The notes below the pieces were generated by a model. That model was not told the DNA's origin. It saw only the letters and a list, made by a program, of their open reading frames with translations, and did not search any database. A stretch of DNA of 64,000 nt from IMG/VR virus record IMGVR_UViG_3300044612_001981, positions 16,900 to 80,899 of that record; one strand, 5' to 3'. The position numbers were made by a program, and so were the translations under genes. Shown piece after piece: positions 1-7,851 of this stretch; within the stretch, counting starts at the first letter, position 1, and each line of letters opens with the position of its first letter. This stretch comes from a virus (Duplodnaviria; Caudoviricetes).

Positions 1-1642
1 TTCTTCCTGAAACTTTATCCTGTGCATCTTCTCTTGATTCAACGGGAGCAAACTTTCTAAGGTCATCTTTAGCTACAACAACTCCAGCTGCATGCACTCC
101 AACAGATCTGATTCTTCCACGCAATCTATCTGCAAGCCAAACAACTTCTGGGTACTTGGCTCTAAACTCTTTTGTGTTTGGTGAAGAAACAAAGTCTTCA
201 AAGGTGTCAATTGATTTCATTGCACGATTAACTTCTTGCAGTGGAACCATAAAAATTCGTGCTGCATCTCGGATTACACCTTTATCTTTAAAATAAGTGT
301 AAGTTGAAATAGAAGCAACGTGTTTAAATTTTTTCTTAAGGTATTCCTTTACCTCTTTACGACGACGATCTTCAAAGTCTGTATCGATATCTGGAAAGTC
401 GTTGCGCTCTGGGTTAATAAATCTAAAAAACAAAAGGTCGTATTTAATTGGATCTACATCAGTGATGCCTAATGCATAACAAACTAAAGAACCTGCGGCA
501 GAGCCACGACCTGGACCAACACGAATATTATTTGTTTTGGCCCAATCAATCATGTCTGCAATCACTAAAAAGTACGATGCAAAACTTTTAGAAGCAATAA
601 CCGAAAGCTCTTCTTCTACTCTGTCGATATAAGTCTGATTGTTTGAGAATCCAAGTCTATCTATTCCAGCATACGCCATCTCACGAAGCTTGTCATCCGC
701 ATCTGTTTTTGGAACTGGAAGCAGATCAAGTCCTTGATGGAAGTCGTAGTCTTCAATCTTATCTGCAATCTCCATTGTGTTTTCATATATGTCTGTGCGA
801 GAAATTCCAGCAGCATTAAAGTCTGCTTCAATCTCTTCTCTAGACTGAATGAAAAGGTTGTAGTCCTGAAAAGAAATTCTGCGGTCTGGATATAGATAAT
901 TAAATCTTTCCATCATGTCTTTAATGTTACGAGACATTTCAAAGTCTGATTCCTTATCAATCTTTGGAGATGTAGAAAGGATAAGTAGCGCTTCTTCTAA
1001 CACCCTATCTTCTTTTTTAGCAAAGTGGGCATCTCCTGTTGCCACCGCCTTAATTTTTAATTCATCTGCCAACTCTAAGAGCTTGGCGTTTATTTCTGAC
1101 GGGTTGTGAGATTGAACCTCAATATAAAAATCTTCATTAAAAGTTTGTTTAAAATCTTTGAGTACAAGTTTTGCTTCTGAGAATTCTCCACGCTCAATAG
1201 CTTTGCTAATAAGGCCGTTGAGGCATCCAGACAAAACGATAACACCTTCAGCATATTCTTTTAAAACCTCTCTGTCGATACGTGGCTTGTGATAAAATCC
1301 TTCATTCCAAGCAAGCTCCTGAAGAATATTAATATTCTCCAACCCCTTTTTATTTTTCGCTAGCAAAATAATATGGTTATAGGCTTGGATAGATTTATCT
1401 GTTTTTGAAGATCTATCAAACCTATCGGTTGGAGAAATGTACGCCTCAACACCAAGAATCGGCTTAATGCCAATTTCCTTTGCGGCAATCTGCATATCTC
1501 TGTGTGACGAGAGAGTACCATGGTCTGTGATTGCAATCGCAGTCTGCCCAGCATCTAACGCTGCTTGACATAATTCTTTAGGTGAATTTAGTCCATCCAT
1601 TAATGAATAATAGGAGTGAACATGTAGGTGTGTAAAACTCAT
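1..1642 (-). CDS. dnaE: DNA polymerase III alpha subunit (runs off left edge; absent from ORF track)
   Basis: Manual translation from ATG 1642: MSFTHLHVHSYYSLMDG...AITDHG (PHP domain), GPGRGSAAGSLVCYALGIT, PDIDTDF catalytic motif. Confidence 0.95.
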   Translation of the reverse strand, partial: MSFTHLHVHSYYSLMDGLNSPKELCQAALDAGQTAIAITDHGTLSSHRDMQIAAKEIGIKPILGVEAYISPTDRFDRSSKTDKSIQAYNHIILLAKNKKGLENINILQELAWNEGFYHKPRIDREVLKEYAEGVIVLSGCLNGLISKAIERGEFSEAKLVLKDFKQTFNEDFYIEVQSHNPSEINAKLLELADELKIKAVATGDAHFAKKEDRVLEEALLILSTSPKIDKESDFEMSRNIKDMMERFNYLYPDRRISFQDYNLFIQSREEIEADFNAAGISRTDIYENTMEIADKIEDYDFHQGLDLLPVPKTDADDKLREMAYAGIDRLGFSNNQTYIDRVEEELSVIASKSFASYFLVIADMIDWAKTNNIRVGPGRGSAAGSLVCYALGITDVDPIKYDLLFFRFINPERNDFPDIDTDFEDRRRKEVKEYLKKKFKHVASISTYTYFKDKGVIRDAARIFMVPLQEVNRAMKSIDTFEDFVSSPNTKEFRAKYPEVVWLADRLRGRIRSVGVHAAGVVVAKDDLRKFAPVESREDAQDKVSGR

Positions 1643-1848
1643 TAGTATCCGCCACAACATTCATTTCTAGTATGATAAAGTCTAATCTTTGTCAATGTTT
1701 TTTTATTTGGTGCGTAAAGATCTTCTTTGCAACAACCACATTTCATATGCCATTCTTTAGCAAAGAAATCGTAGACAGCGCCTACATAATTTTTGTACTT
1801 GTTATATACAAAAGTTTCAAACGGGTCTGGTATTTCGTAAGAAATCAT
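1642..1848 (-). CDS. small Cys-rich hypothetical protein (possible Zn binder)
   Basis: CGCC...H...CC; TAATG overlap with dnaE start; -10 box 7 nt upstream of ATG. Confidence 0.6.
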   Translation of the reverse strand: MISYEIPDPFETFVYNKYKNYVGAVYDFFAKEWHMKCGCCKEDLYAPNKKTLTKIRLYHTRNECCGGY

Positions 1849-1870
1849 ATTGCTATTTTACTAAATAATG

Positions 1871-1896
1871 CAGGGGCAGTCAATAGACTACCCCTG
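1871..1896 (-). terminator. hairpin after SSB gene
   Basis: CAGGGGTAGTC-TATT-GACTGCCCCTG on minus strand; weak U-tract. Confidence 0.55.
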
Positions 1897-1907
1897 ACAA
1901 TAAATAG

Positions 1908-2585
1908 TTACCAGACTAGGCTGCTGTCTGAATCTGAAGTAGACGAAGATTCTTGGCTTCCGCTTTCTCCGTTAAAAAACGCTTCTTGTTCAGTGTATGG
2001 CAGGTCGCGGATTGCAGTTGTTTCTAGATCATACAACTCAAGTGCTGACGAGTCAAATGGTGTTTCATCCTTAGCTAAAGGGATGATCGTGTAGCTTGTG
2101 TCTGTCTTAGTTCCAGTGCGCTTAATGCGCCACATAAGATTTGTAATTGAGCCCATTTCTCCAGCGTACTCAATTAGAGTTGGAGTAATAGTTTTTCCAC
2201 TTGAACCTTGAGAAAGAATAGCTACGTAAGGCTCTTCTTTTCCGTCATCGATTAAAACATTCATGTAAAGTCGTGAACGGCCCTTCCAGCCCGCCTTATA
2301 ATCTTTGCGGTGTTGTTCGCAACCGTAGCATTTGCCTTGATCTTCCATTGAGCAAAGTGCCTTGCGCTTGTAATCTTTAGGGTTAGTGTGCTCTACGGCA
2401 ATAAATCCCAAACCTTTTGACTCGTCATATGTAGGTGAGTCTGGGTCAAGCTCTTGCAAGAAACGAACCTTTACGCTCTCTGCATCTTCTAGCTTTGCCC
2501 AACGTGCTTTTGTTCCATCGCTTTCGCTATACGAAGGCTTATCCATTACTTGATTTAATCCTTTTAGTCCTTTTACAATACCCAC
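1908..2585 (-). CDS. single-stranded DNA-binding protein (gp32-like)
   Basis: V(R)FL start, Cys cluster C..CxGC, RTGTKTDTSY motif, acidic Ser-rich tail ending in W; replication context. Confidence 0.7.
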   Translation of the reverse strand: MGIVKGLKGLNQVMDKPSYSESDGTKARWAKLEDAESVKVRFLQELDPDSPTYDESKGLGFIAVEHTNPKDYKRKALCSMEDQGKCYGCEQHRKDYKAGWKGRSRLYMNVLIDDGKEEPYVAILSQGSSGKTITPTLIEYAGEMGSITNLMWRIKRTGTKTDTSYTIIPLAKDETPFDSSALELYDLETTAIRDLPYTEQEAFFNGESGSQESSSTSDSDSSLVW

Positions 2586-2640
2586 TTGTATCCTCTTTTC
2601 TTATAGTTGATGGTATAGATCCATCTGTCTGTTTAGTATA

Positions 2641-3636
2641 TCATATCCAAGAACGATATTCAATATCTGATACTGAATTTTTTACGCATGCTTTTATTTC
2701 TTCTTCAGTTAAATCGCCAGCATCTTTGGCTTTATTAGGATAAATTTCTTTATACCCAAATGAGGCCCAAGAAATATCTTTATTACGTAACTTGGATGAG
2801 ATAGAACTTCCTAGTTCTCTTCCAGCCTCATCTGCATCTGTCATTATAATTATCTTGTTAAAGTATCTATTTAACAAAGACTGCTGTTCATTTGAGAGAA
2901 ACCCTCCTAGCGTAGCAACAACGTTAGGAAATCCAGCCTGATGAATTCTTATTGCATCAAAATTAGATTCACATACTATTACCTGCTGGCCAATTTTTTT
3001 AGCCCTATGAATATTAAAAAGTGTTTTGCTCTTTGGCAAGTTAGTACTATTTTTAAAAGTCTTTCCCTCAATAGATCTTCCAACTATACCAATAGGGATT
3101 GCATCTGGGCTATGAACAGGAGTGACTACCATATTCATTGATGAAGAATATCCAAGATTAAAATGTTTCATAGAGTCTATGTTAATTCCTCTAGACTCAA
3201 GGTAGCTTCTAGCAATAGAACTGGATCCGAGATCTGAGTGAAGTCTATCTAGTGTCTCTTGAGAAAATTCTTGAAACACTGGCTTGTCAGAAAGTATATC
3301 TTCCATCATCTCGTCAAAATTATTAAGTGCTTCTGTTTCTTTATTTGCAATTAACCTTAGTGATTGAAAATCATTCTTGTGCATAGTTCTTTTAATTAAT
3401 TCAATTAGTGTTCCAGTTTCTCCGCATGCTGGATTAAAGCAAATAAAGGCGCCAGATGTTTGACTTACGCTAAAACTAGATGTATGCCTATTGGAATGAA
3501 ATGGGCAGTAGCATAGGAAGTCATTACCTGTCTCACCAACAATGTTCAATCCAATTTCTTTTAGGATTGATTTGATGTGACTTGGGGCATATTCCGTGGA
3601 ATCAACTTGCTTTGAGTTATACCCTCTGATTGCCAT
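2641..3636 (-). CDS. dnaG: DNA primase
   Basis: CPFH...CF..AC Zn finger, TOPRIM CES.FD and DADEAG; start moved to ATG 3636 (GAGGAAGG RBS). Confidence 0.9.
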   Translation of the reverse strand: MAIRGYNSKQVDSTEYAPSHIKSILKEIGLNIVGETGNDFLCYCPFHSNRHTSSFSVSQTSGAFICFNPACGETGTLIELIKRTMHKNDFQSLRLIANKETEALNNFDEMMEDILSDKPVFQEFSQETLDRLHSDLGSSSIARSYLESRGINIDSMKHFNLGYSSSMNMVVTPVHSPDAIPIGIVGRSIEGKTFKNSTNLPKSKTLFNIHRAKKIGQQVIVCESNFDAIRIHQAGFPNVVATLGGFLSNEQQSLLNRYFNKIIIMTDADEAGRELGSSISSKLRNKDISWASFGYKEIYPNKAKDAGDLTEEEIKACVKNSVSDIEYRSWI

Positions 3637-3869
3637 GCCTTCCTCTTTCCTACATATACACCATGAAGTGTCATTAAGAATCTCCATGTCTCGCCAGTGA
3701 ACTCAATTGAAAATGCTGTATCGATATCTAAAACTCTTACATATCCTTTGCCACGCATGTCCTGCACTAACAGGTTTTCATACTGCGGCTTCAAACTTAT
3801 AAGCTGTGCATTATCATAAAACTCTACTTCTATTTGAAATCTTTTAATTCTTTTGTGCGTCATTTTCAA
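3561..3869 (-). CDS. hypothetical protein
   Basis: ORF overlapping both helicase and primase in the operon. Confidence 0.6.
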   Translation of the reverse strand: MKMTHKRIKRFQIEVEFYDNAQLISLKPQYENLLVQDMRGKGYVRVLDIDTAFSIEFTGETWRFLMTLHGVYVGKRKAWQSEGITQSKLIPRNMPQVTSNQS

Positions 3870-5091
3870 ATGGATTTTCGTAAATCTCTTTCACGATACC
3901 TCTGTTGATATCCCAATCTAAGAATACTCCGAAGTCATGACCATGTCTATTCTTTCTAGATACGATCTCAATCATATCTGTTCCCTTATACTTATGAATA
4001 GCCATAGCCATATCAGCATCATATTCAATTGCTTTTGACCATGCAACCTGACTCATCATTGGTGGGTTATCCTGATCTGTAATATCATCTGCAGTTGCAG
4101 CAGTAATATCAATAATAGGAATATTATTTCTGACCGCCAAGTTTTTAAACTCACGAGAGATATTCATATTACGCTCAGTAGGAGCTTTTGAATTATTATT
4201 GTCTGTAAACAACTGGTGATAATCTAAGATAACAATGTCTGGCTTATGCTGATCAATCTTTGCCTGAATAGCATTGGGAGTTACATTACCAGAGCCTTCA
4301 TTAGAAACTAGAATAAACTTGTTCTTGTCCGCAAACTTTTTGCCAGACCAACTTCTGAAATCATCAATGTTAATATCTCCCTTTGCAAAGTCACTGGCTT
4401 TAAATAAACCAGACCCAAGCATAGTATAAATTCTGTCACGCATATTTTCTGGTGTCATTTCAAGAGAGACAATCATGGGCTTAAATCCCTGCTCCCAGGC
4501 CTTACAGGCTAGGTAAGAGGTGAACCATGTCTTACCCTTTCCTGGCCAGCCAATAGCGACTATAAGGTGCCCTGGAGCCATTCCAGTGGGGTATGCAAGG
4601 TCGATTGACTGAAAGCCAGTCTTAATCCCTGGAGATCCCCCCATCTCGGCTGTACGGGCCTTCAGGGCCTCTAAATGCTTAATTGCGTTATCAGCATCTG
4701 TCACATCTAAGTCACGGACATTATTAGTATATTTATTTAAGCTAGCAAGCTGTGACTGCAATTCGTTAATAACTCTGGAAGCAACATCTTCTTTTAGCAT
4801 TGATCCACCACGAATTAAAATGCTCTTTAGCTTGCTAGATAAAAATTCATTCTTAAGATTATCTAAATAGTAGGCAGTTTCAGCTGTTACATTTAGGTCT
4901 GGCTCGAAGTCTTTGAACTTCTCTTGCAGTATTCCTACTTCTGGAATACCCTTAAATTTGCTGTAATATGACTTTAAGCCTTCCCAAACATCTCCGTGTG
5001 AAGTAAATAGCTCATCTACATTTTCAGCCATAACAACGCTGATGTCTTTATTCTTACAGATAGCAGAAATTAATGTTGCTTCGGTATTCAT
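3844..5091 (-). CDS. dnaB: replicative helicase
   Basis: Walker A GWPGKGKT, SLEM, ILDYHQL, IEYDAD, KNRHG. Confidence 0.93.
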   Translation of the reverse strand: MNTEATLISAICKNKDISVVMAENVDELFTSHGDVWEGLKSYYSKFKGIPEVGILQEKFKDFEPDLNVTAETAYYLDNLKNEFLSSKLKSILIRGGSMLKEDVASRVINELQSQLASLNKYTNNVRDLDVTDADNAIKHLEALKARTAEMGGSPGIKTGFQSIDLAYPTGMAPGHLIVAIGWPGKGKTWFTSYLACKAWEQGFKPMIVSLEMTPENMRDRIYTMLGSGLFKASDFAKGDINIDDFRSWSGKKFADKNKFILVSNEGSGNVTPNAIQAKIDQHKPDIVILDYHQLFTDNNNSKAPTERNMNISREFKNLAVRNNIPIIDITAATADDITDQDNPPMMSQVAWSKAIEYDADMAMAIHKYKGTDMIEIVSRKNRHGHDFGVFLDWDINRGIVKEIYENPFENDAQKN

Positions 5092-5408
5092 AGTCCGCCT
5101 TCCTCCACCATTTTCTTGGTATTCTCTCTCAATAAACGACGTGTCTCGATATCTTTTTGCAATTCAATTCTGGTCTGTTCCATTTTGTCAAAGTTATAAT
5201 AGAAGAACTGCAATGGGTGACCAAACTTTTCTAAAGAAAAATAATAGTTCATTAGATCAATTGCCTTATCCATTCCAACGCTATCTATGACATCTTGCAT
5301 GGCCCACTTTTCTCTAAACTTATTTATGGTTGCAGGCTTCTTATACTTTTCAGTGTAAAGGTTTTGGTAAAGACTCATCAAAACATATGGCTCTTTATTA
5401 TTTGCCAT
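5088..5408 (-). CDS. hypothetical protein
   Basis: Overlaps neighbours; RBS GAGG. Confidence 0.7.
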   Translation of the reverse strand: MANNKEPYVLMSLYQNLYTEKYKKPATINKFREKWAMQDVIDSVGMDKAIDLMNYYFSLEKFGHPLQFFYYNFDKMEQTRIELQKDIETRRLLRENTKKMVEEGGL

Positions 5409-5601
5409 TCTTAAGCTCTTCTTCTACCTCAGCAGTTTTTTGAATTAACTTTCCCTCAACAAATGCGTAAACTCTTTCTGTGGCAGCATCGACTGTCTCT
5501 CCCTGCCTAACATCATCTTCAACCCCTACGCCAATTTTAATGCTCTCGTAGTTACCTAGATTTCTGGTAAAAGAAAGATCCACCTTGACTCTTGTTGTCA
5601 T
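5398..5601 (-). CDS. hypothetical protein
   Basis: AAGGAG RBS; coupled to neighbours. Confidence 0.7.
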   Translation of the reverse strand: MTTRVKVDLSFTRNLGNYESIKIGVGVEDDVRQGETVDAATERVYAFVEGKLIQKTAEVEEELKNGK

Positions 5602-5708
5602 TTGTTGTGCTCCTTAATATGTCTATTCAATGTAAAGTGTGCAAAACCAGATCTTACCTCTATGTCTTTTTTACATATAGGACAAAAAATAGTTCTGTTG
5701 CTTGCCAT
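5598..5708 (-). CDS. 36-aa C2H2-type zinc-finger protein (not in ORF track)
   Basis: MASNRTIFCPICKKDIEVRSGFAHFTLNRHIKEHNK; TAATG and ATGA overlaps fill the gap exactly. Confidence 0.7.
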   Translation of the reverse strand: MASNRTIFCPICKKDIEVRSGFAHFTLNRHIKEHNK

Positions 5709-6190
5709 TAATCCGCCTTCCAAACTGGTACGAACCCGCTACTTGTCTTAGTATACAATACAAAGCTGTGTTTGAGAAGAGCCAATAATTCTGCCTTTGA
5801 TGGCATATTATTAGAATGGCCAGAATCTAAAATATATTGATGTAAATCTAATATATCTTCTTCGCTAAACATATACTTAGACCAGCCTTCTTTAGAAAGT
5901 CTTCCTATTGGATATATCTTTTGAGGTGTCTTAATCTTTTCCTCTAGTATATAATCCTGTATTGTCACTCTGTGCTTATTCAACATCTCTGCAACTTGCA
6001 CAACGCTGTATGCGTTGCCCATATGTTTATTGACTTCTGAGTAAGGATACAGAACCCTTTTTGCATCTGGATAGCACCAAGCAATTACTTGGTCTTTGGC
6101 TCTTGATGAGCTAATGACCTTATGTATTTTCCCGTTTAAGAAGAAATACCGTATCGCTTTAATTGATCTTCCTCTATCTTTTCCAGCCAT
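5708..6190 (-). CDS. helix-turn-helix DNA-binding protein
   Basis: YSVVQVAEMLNKHRVTIQDYI resembles a MerR/Xis-type HTH. Confidence 0.65.
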   Translation of the reverse strand: MAGKDRGRSIKAIRYFFLNGKIHKVISSSRAKDQVIAWCYPDAKRVLYPYSEVNKHMGNAYSVVQVAEMLNKHRVTIQDYILEEKIKTPQKIYPIGRLSKEGWSKYMFSEEDILDLHQYILDSGHSNNMPSKAELLALLKHSFVLYTKTSSGFVPVWKAD

Positions 6191-6324
6191 TTGCCCAACT
6201 TGTTTGTATTTTTATTCATCATCCAGCGCTTGCCGCACATGATGCAAAACAATTCCATATGTAGCTTCTGAGAAAACACTCTATCTACAAATACTCTTCC
6301 ATTACATTTATTACATGTTATCAT
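6136..6324 (-). CDS. zinc-ribbon protein
   Basis: CNKC...CIMC; ATG 6324 overlaps upstream stop (ATGA). Confidence 0.65.
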   Translation of the reverse strand: MITCNKCNGRVFVDRVFSQKLHMELFCIMCGKRWMMNKNTNKLGKWLEKIEEDQLKRYGISS

Positions 6325-7121
6325 ACTTGGAAAAACTTTCCATCCACAACGCATGAGTAATCTGGTGAAACATGTATCATTTGAATATGGGGATAATCAT
6401 TTACGATGTGTGCTACCGCAAACCCCTTTTGCCAGTCGTGATGTTGAGTGTACTTCATTCCTGGACCTTTTTCATCACACATGTGACCAATCTCATATCC
6501 TCTAAGAGTTTCTCCTGCACCATTATTTCTCAATTCATATGTAACCATATGTGAAGCAATTCTGTGCGAGTGACCTCTAATCAAAGATACCTGCATATCT
6601 TCCATGTCTTTTCTTGCAGACCCAGTTGCTGCAATTGAAAGACCATGATGAACGTGAATATCTCCGAAGCGGCGTTTAGGAAGCTCGTCATAATAAATGT
6701 ATTCATATCCAAGTGAGTCTAGAGACCACAAAGCCTCTGGAGTTACTTCATTAATATAATCTGGAAGCTTGGCATCAACATAATTGAAGATACGTATATC
6801 GTGATTACCTAAAGCAGAAAATAGCTGTGCATTAGGAAGCATCTCTCTAGTCTTTGCATAGAAATCTCTTGCACCCTTTGCTTCATGTCGCATCATTGGA
6901 ACGATTAAGTCCCTGCTATCATTTTTGTGAAGCTGCATAAATTCTGCTGAGCGGCCTTCTGTATACTTGCTATAACATGCCTGATCATCTGTATCACCAA
7001 GGTAGTCAACGACATCTGGCTTAAACCATTTCATTACCTTAAACCAAAGCTCAATCATTTTGTCATCTTGATAAGGGAATTGCTGATCCGAAGATAGCAT
7101 CCACTTTAAATCATTTGTCAT
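6321..7121 (-). CDS. calcineurin-like metallophosphoesterase
   Basis: SD, LGD, GNHD, HHG, GHSH motifs. Confidence 0.85.
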   Translation of the reverse strand: MTNDLKWMLSSDQQFPYQDDKMIELWFKVMKWFKPDVVDYLGDTDDQACYSKYTEGRSAEFMQLHKNDSRDLIVPMMRHEAKGARDFYAKTREMLPNAQLFSALGNHDIRIFNYVDAKLPDYINEVTPEALWSLDSLGYEYIYYDELPKRRFGDIHVHHGLSIAATGSARKDMEDMQVSLIRGHSHRIASHMVTYELRNNGAGETLRGYEIGHMCDEKGPGMKYTQHHDWQKGFAVAHIVNDYPHIQMIHVSPDYSCVVDGKFFQV

Positions 7122-7139
7122 TGTTTACCCTAATGTTAG

Positions 7140-7163
7140 CAGGCCATGAATATTCATGGCCTG
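7140..7163. promoter_or_regulatory. 24-bp perfect palindrome in 5' leader of replication operon
   Basis: CAGGCCATGAATATTCATGGCCTG. Confidence 0.6.
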
Positions 7164-7177
7164 AAGCGCTACATCAA

Positions 7178-7205
7178 ATTGTAGCATTATGTGTTATATT
7201 GTCAA
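7178..7205 (-). promoter_or_regulatory. sigma70/SigA-type promoter of replication operon
   Basis: TTGACA-16-TACAAT with extended -10 TG. Confidence 0.7.
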
Positions 7206-7208
7206 TAC

Positions 7209-7670
7209 TTATTGTATTAGTGATGTACCGCCGCCGCCGCCTTTATAGACTGCAGAGGATTGAGTTTCTGATGGGCTAACGGCAATCCACTGAACATACA
7301 CATTGCCATTTCTTGTTGCACCTATATTTTGCATTCTTACAGTAAACTCTGTTGCAGATGCGCTTGTTACAATTGGCAGATATTTTTGAGTTGTAAAATT
7401 TTCTCCACTTGTCTGCCATATTGTGCATACTATGTTAGGTCTTACGGCAAAAGTCTTGTTGAATTTAATAGTAGCTTTGCCACTATTATCCATCTTGCAT
7501 TCAACTGATGGTCTGCCAGAATCAATTACCTGAGTACTAGGAGTATTTGCATCTCCACTAGTAGTCTTTACCATGCTGTTAAGTAGGTTAATGTTTGTAA
7601 CTATGTTACCCAAAAGCTCGGATGTGATTGGATCACCTTCGTTAACCAGCATTTGTTTAAAATCTGCCAT
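7209..7670 (-). CDS. tail-associated protein, H-type-lectin-like fold
   Basis: I.F.K.F...P.IV.T...F.V...V.WIA pattern; end of tail operon. Confidence 0.55.
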   Translation of the reverse strand: MADFKQMLVNEGDPITSELLGNIVTNINLLNSMVKTTSGDANTPSTQVIDSGRPSVECKMDNSGKATIKFNKTFAVRPNIVCTIWQTSGENFTTQKYLPIVTSASATEFTVRMQNIGATRNGNVYVQWIAVSPSETQSSAVYKGGGGGTSLIQ

Positions 7671-7671
7671 T

Positions 7672-7818
7672 TTACTTCTCCTCTGACTCCTCAGTCATTT
7701 GTTCTTTTTGAAGCTGTGTTATTTCTGCACGAAGAATTGCAATATGCGTCTCATATTGTGAGACTAGGTCTCCAATTCTTTGCTGTAGTGCTGCTATTAC
7801 TAATTCTGCTTTTTCCAT
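7672..7818 (-). CDS. 48-aa coiled-coil protein (not in ORF track)
   Basis: MEKAELVIAALQQRIGDLVSQYETHIAILRAEITQLQKEQMTEESEEK; AAAGGA RBS. Confidence 0.7.
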   Translation of the reverse strand: MEKAELVIAALQQRIGDLVSQYETHIAILRAEITQLQKEQMTEESEEK

Positions 7819-7851
7819 TATATTCCTTTTCTACTCATAATAAGGATACCA

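Noticed and set aside
1-5091. Inteins or introns in dnaE and dnaB (nrdJ also checked)
   Set aside because: Motif spacing and lengths are normal; no splice motifs or frame breaks seen.
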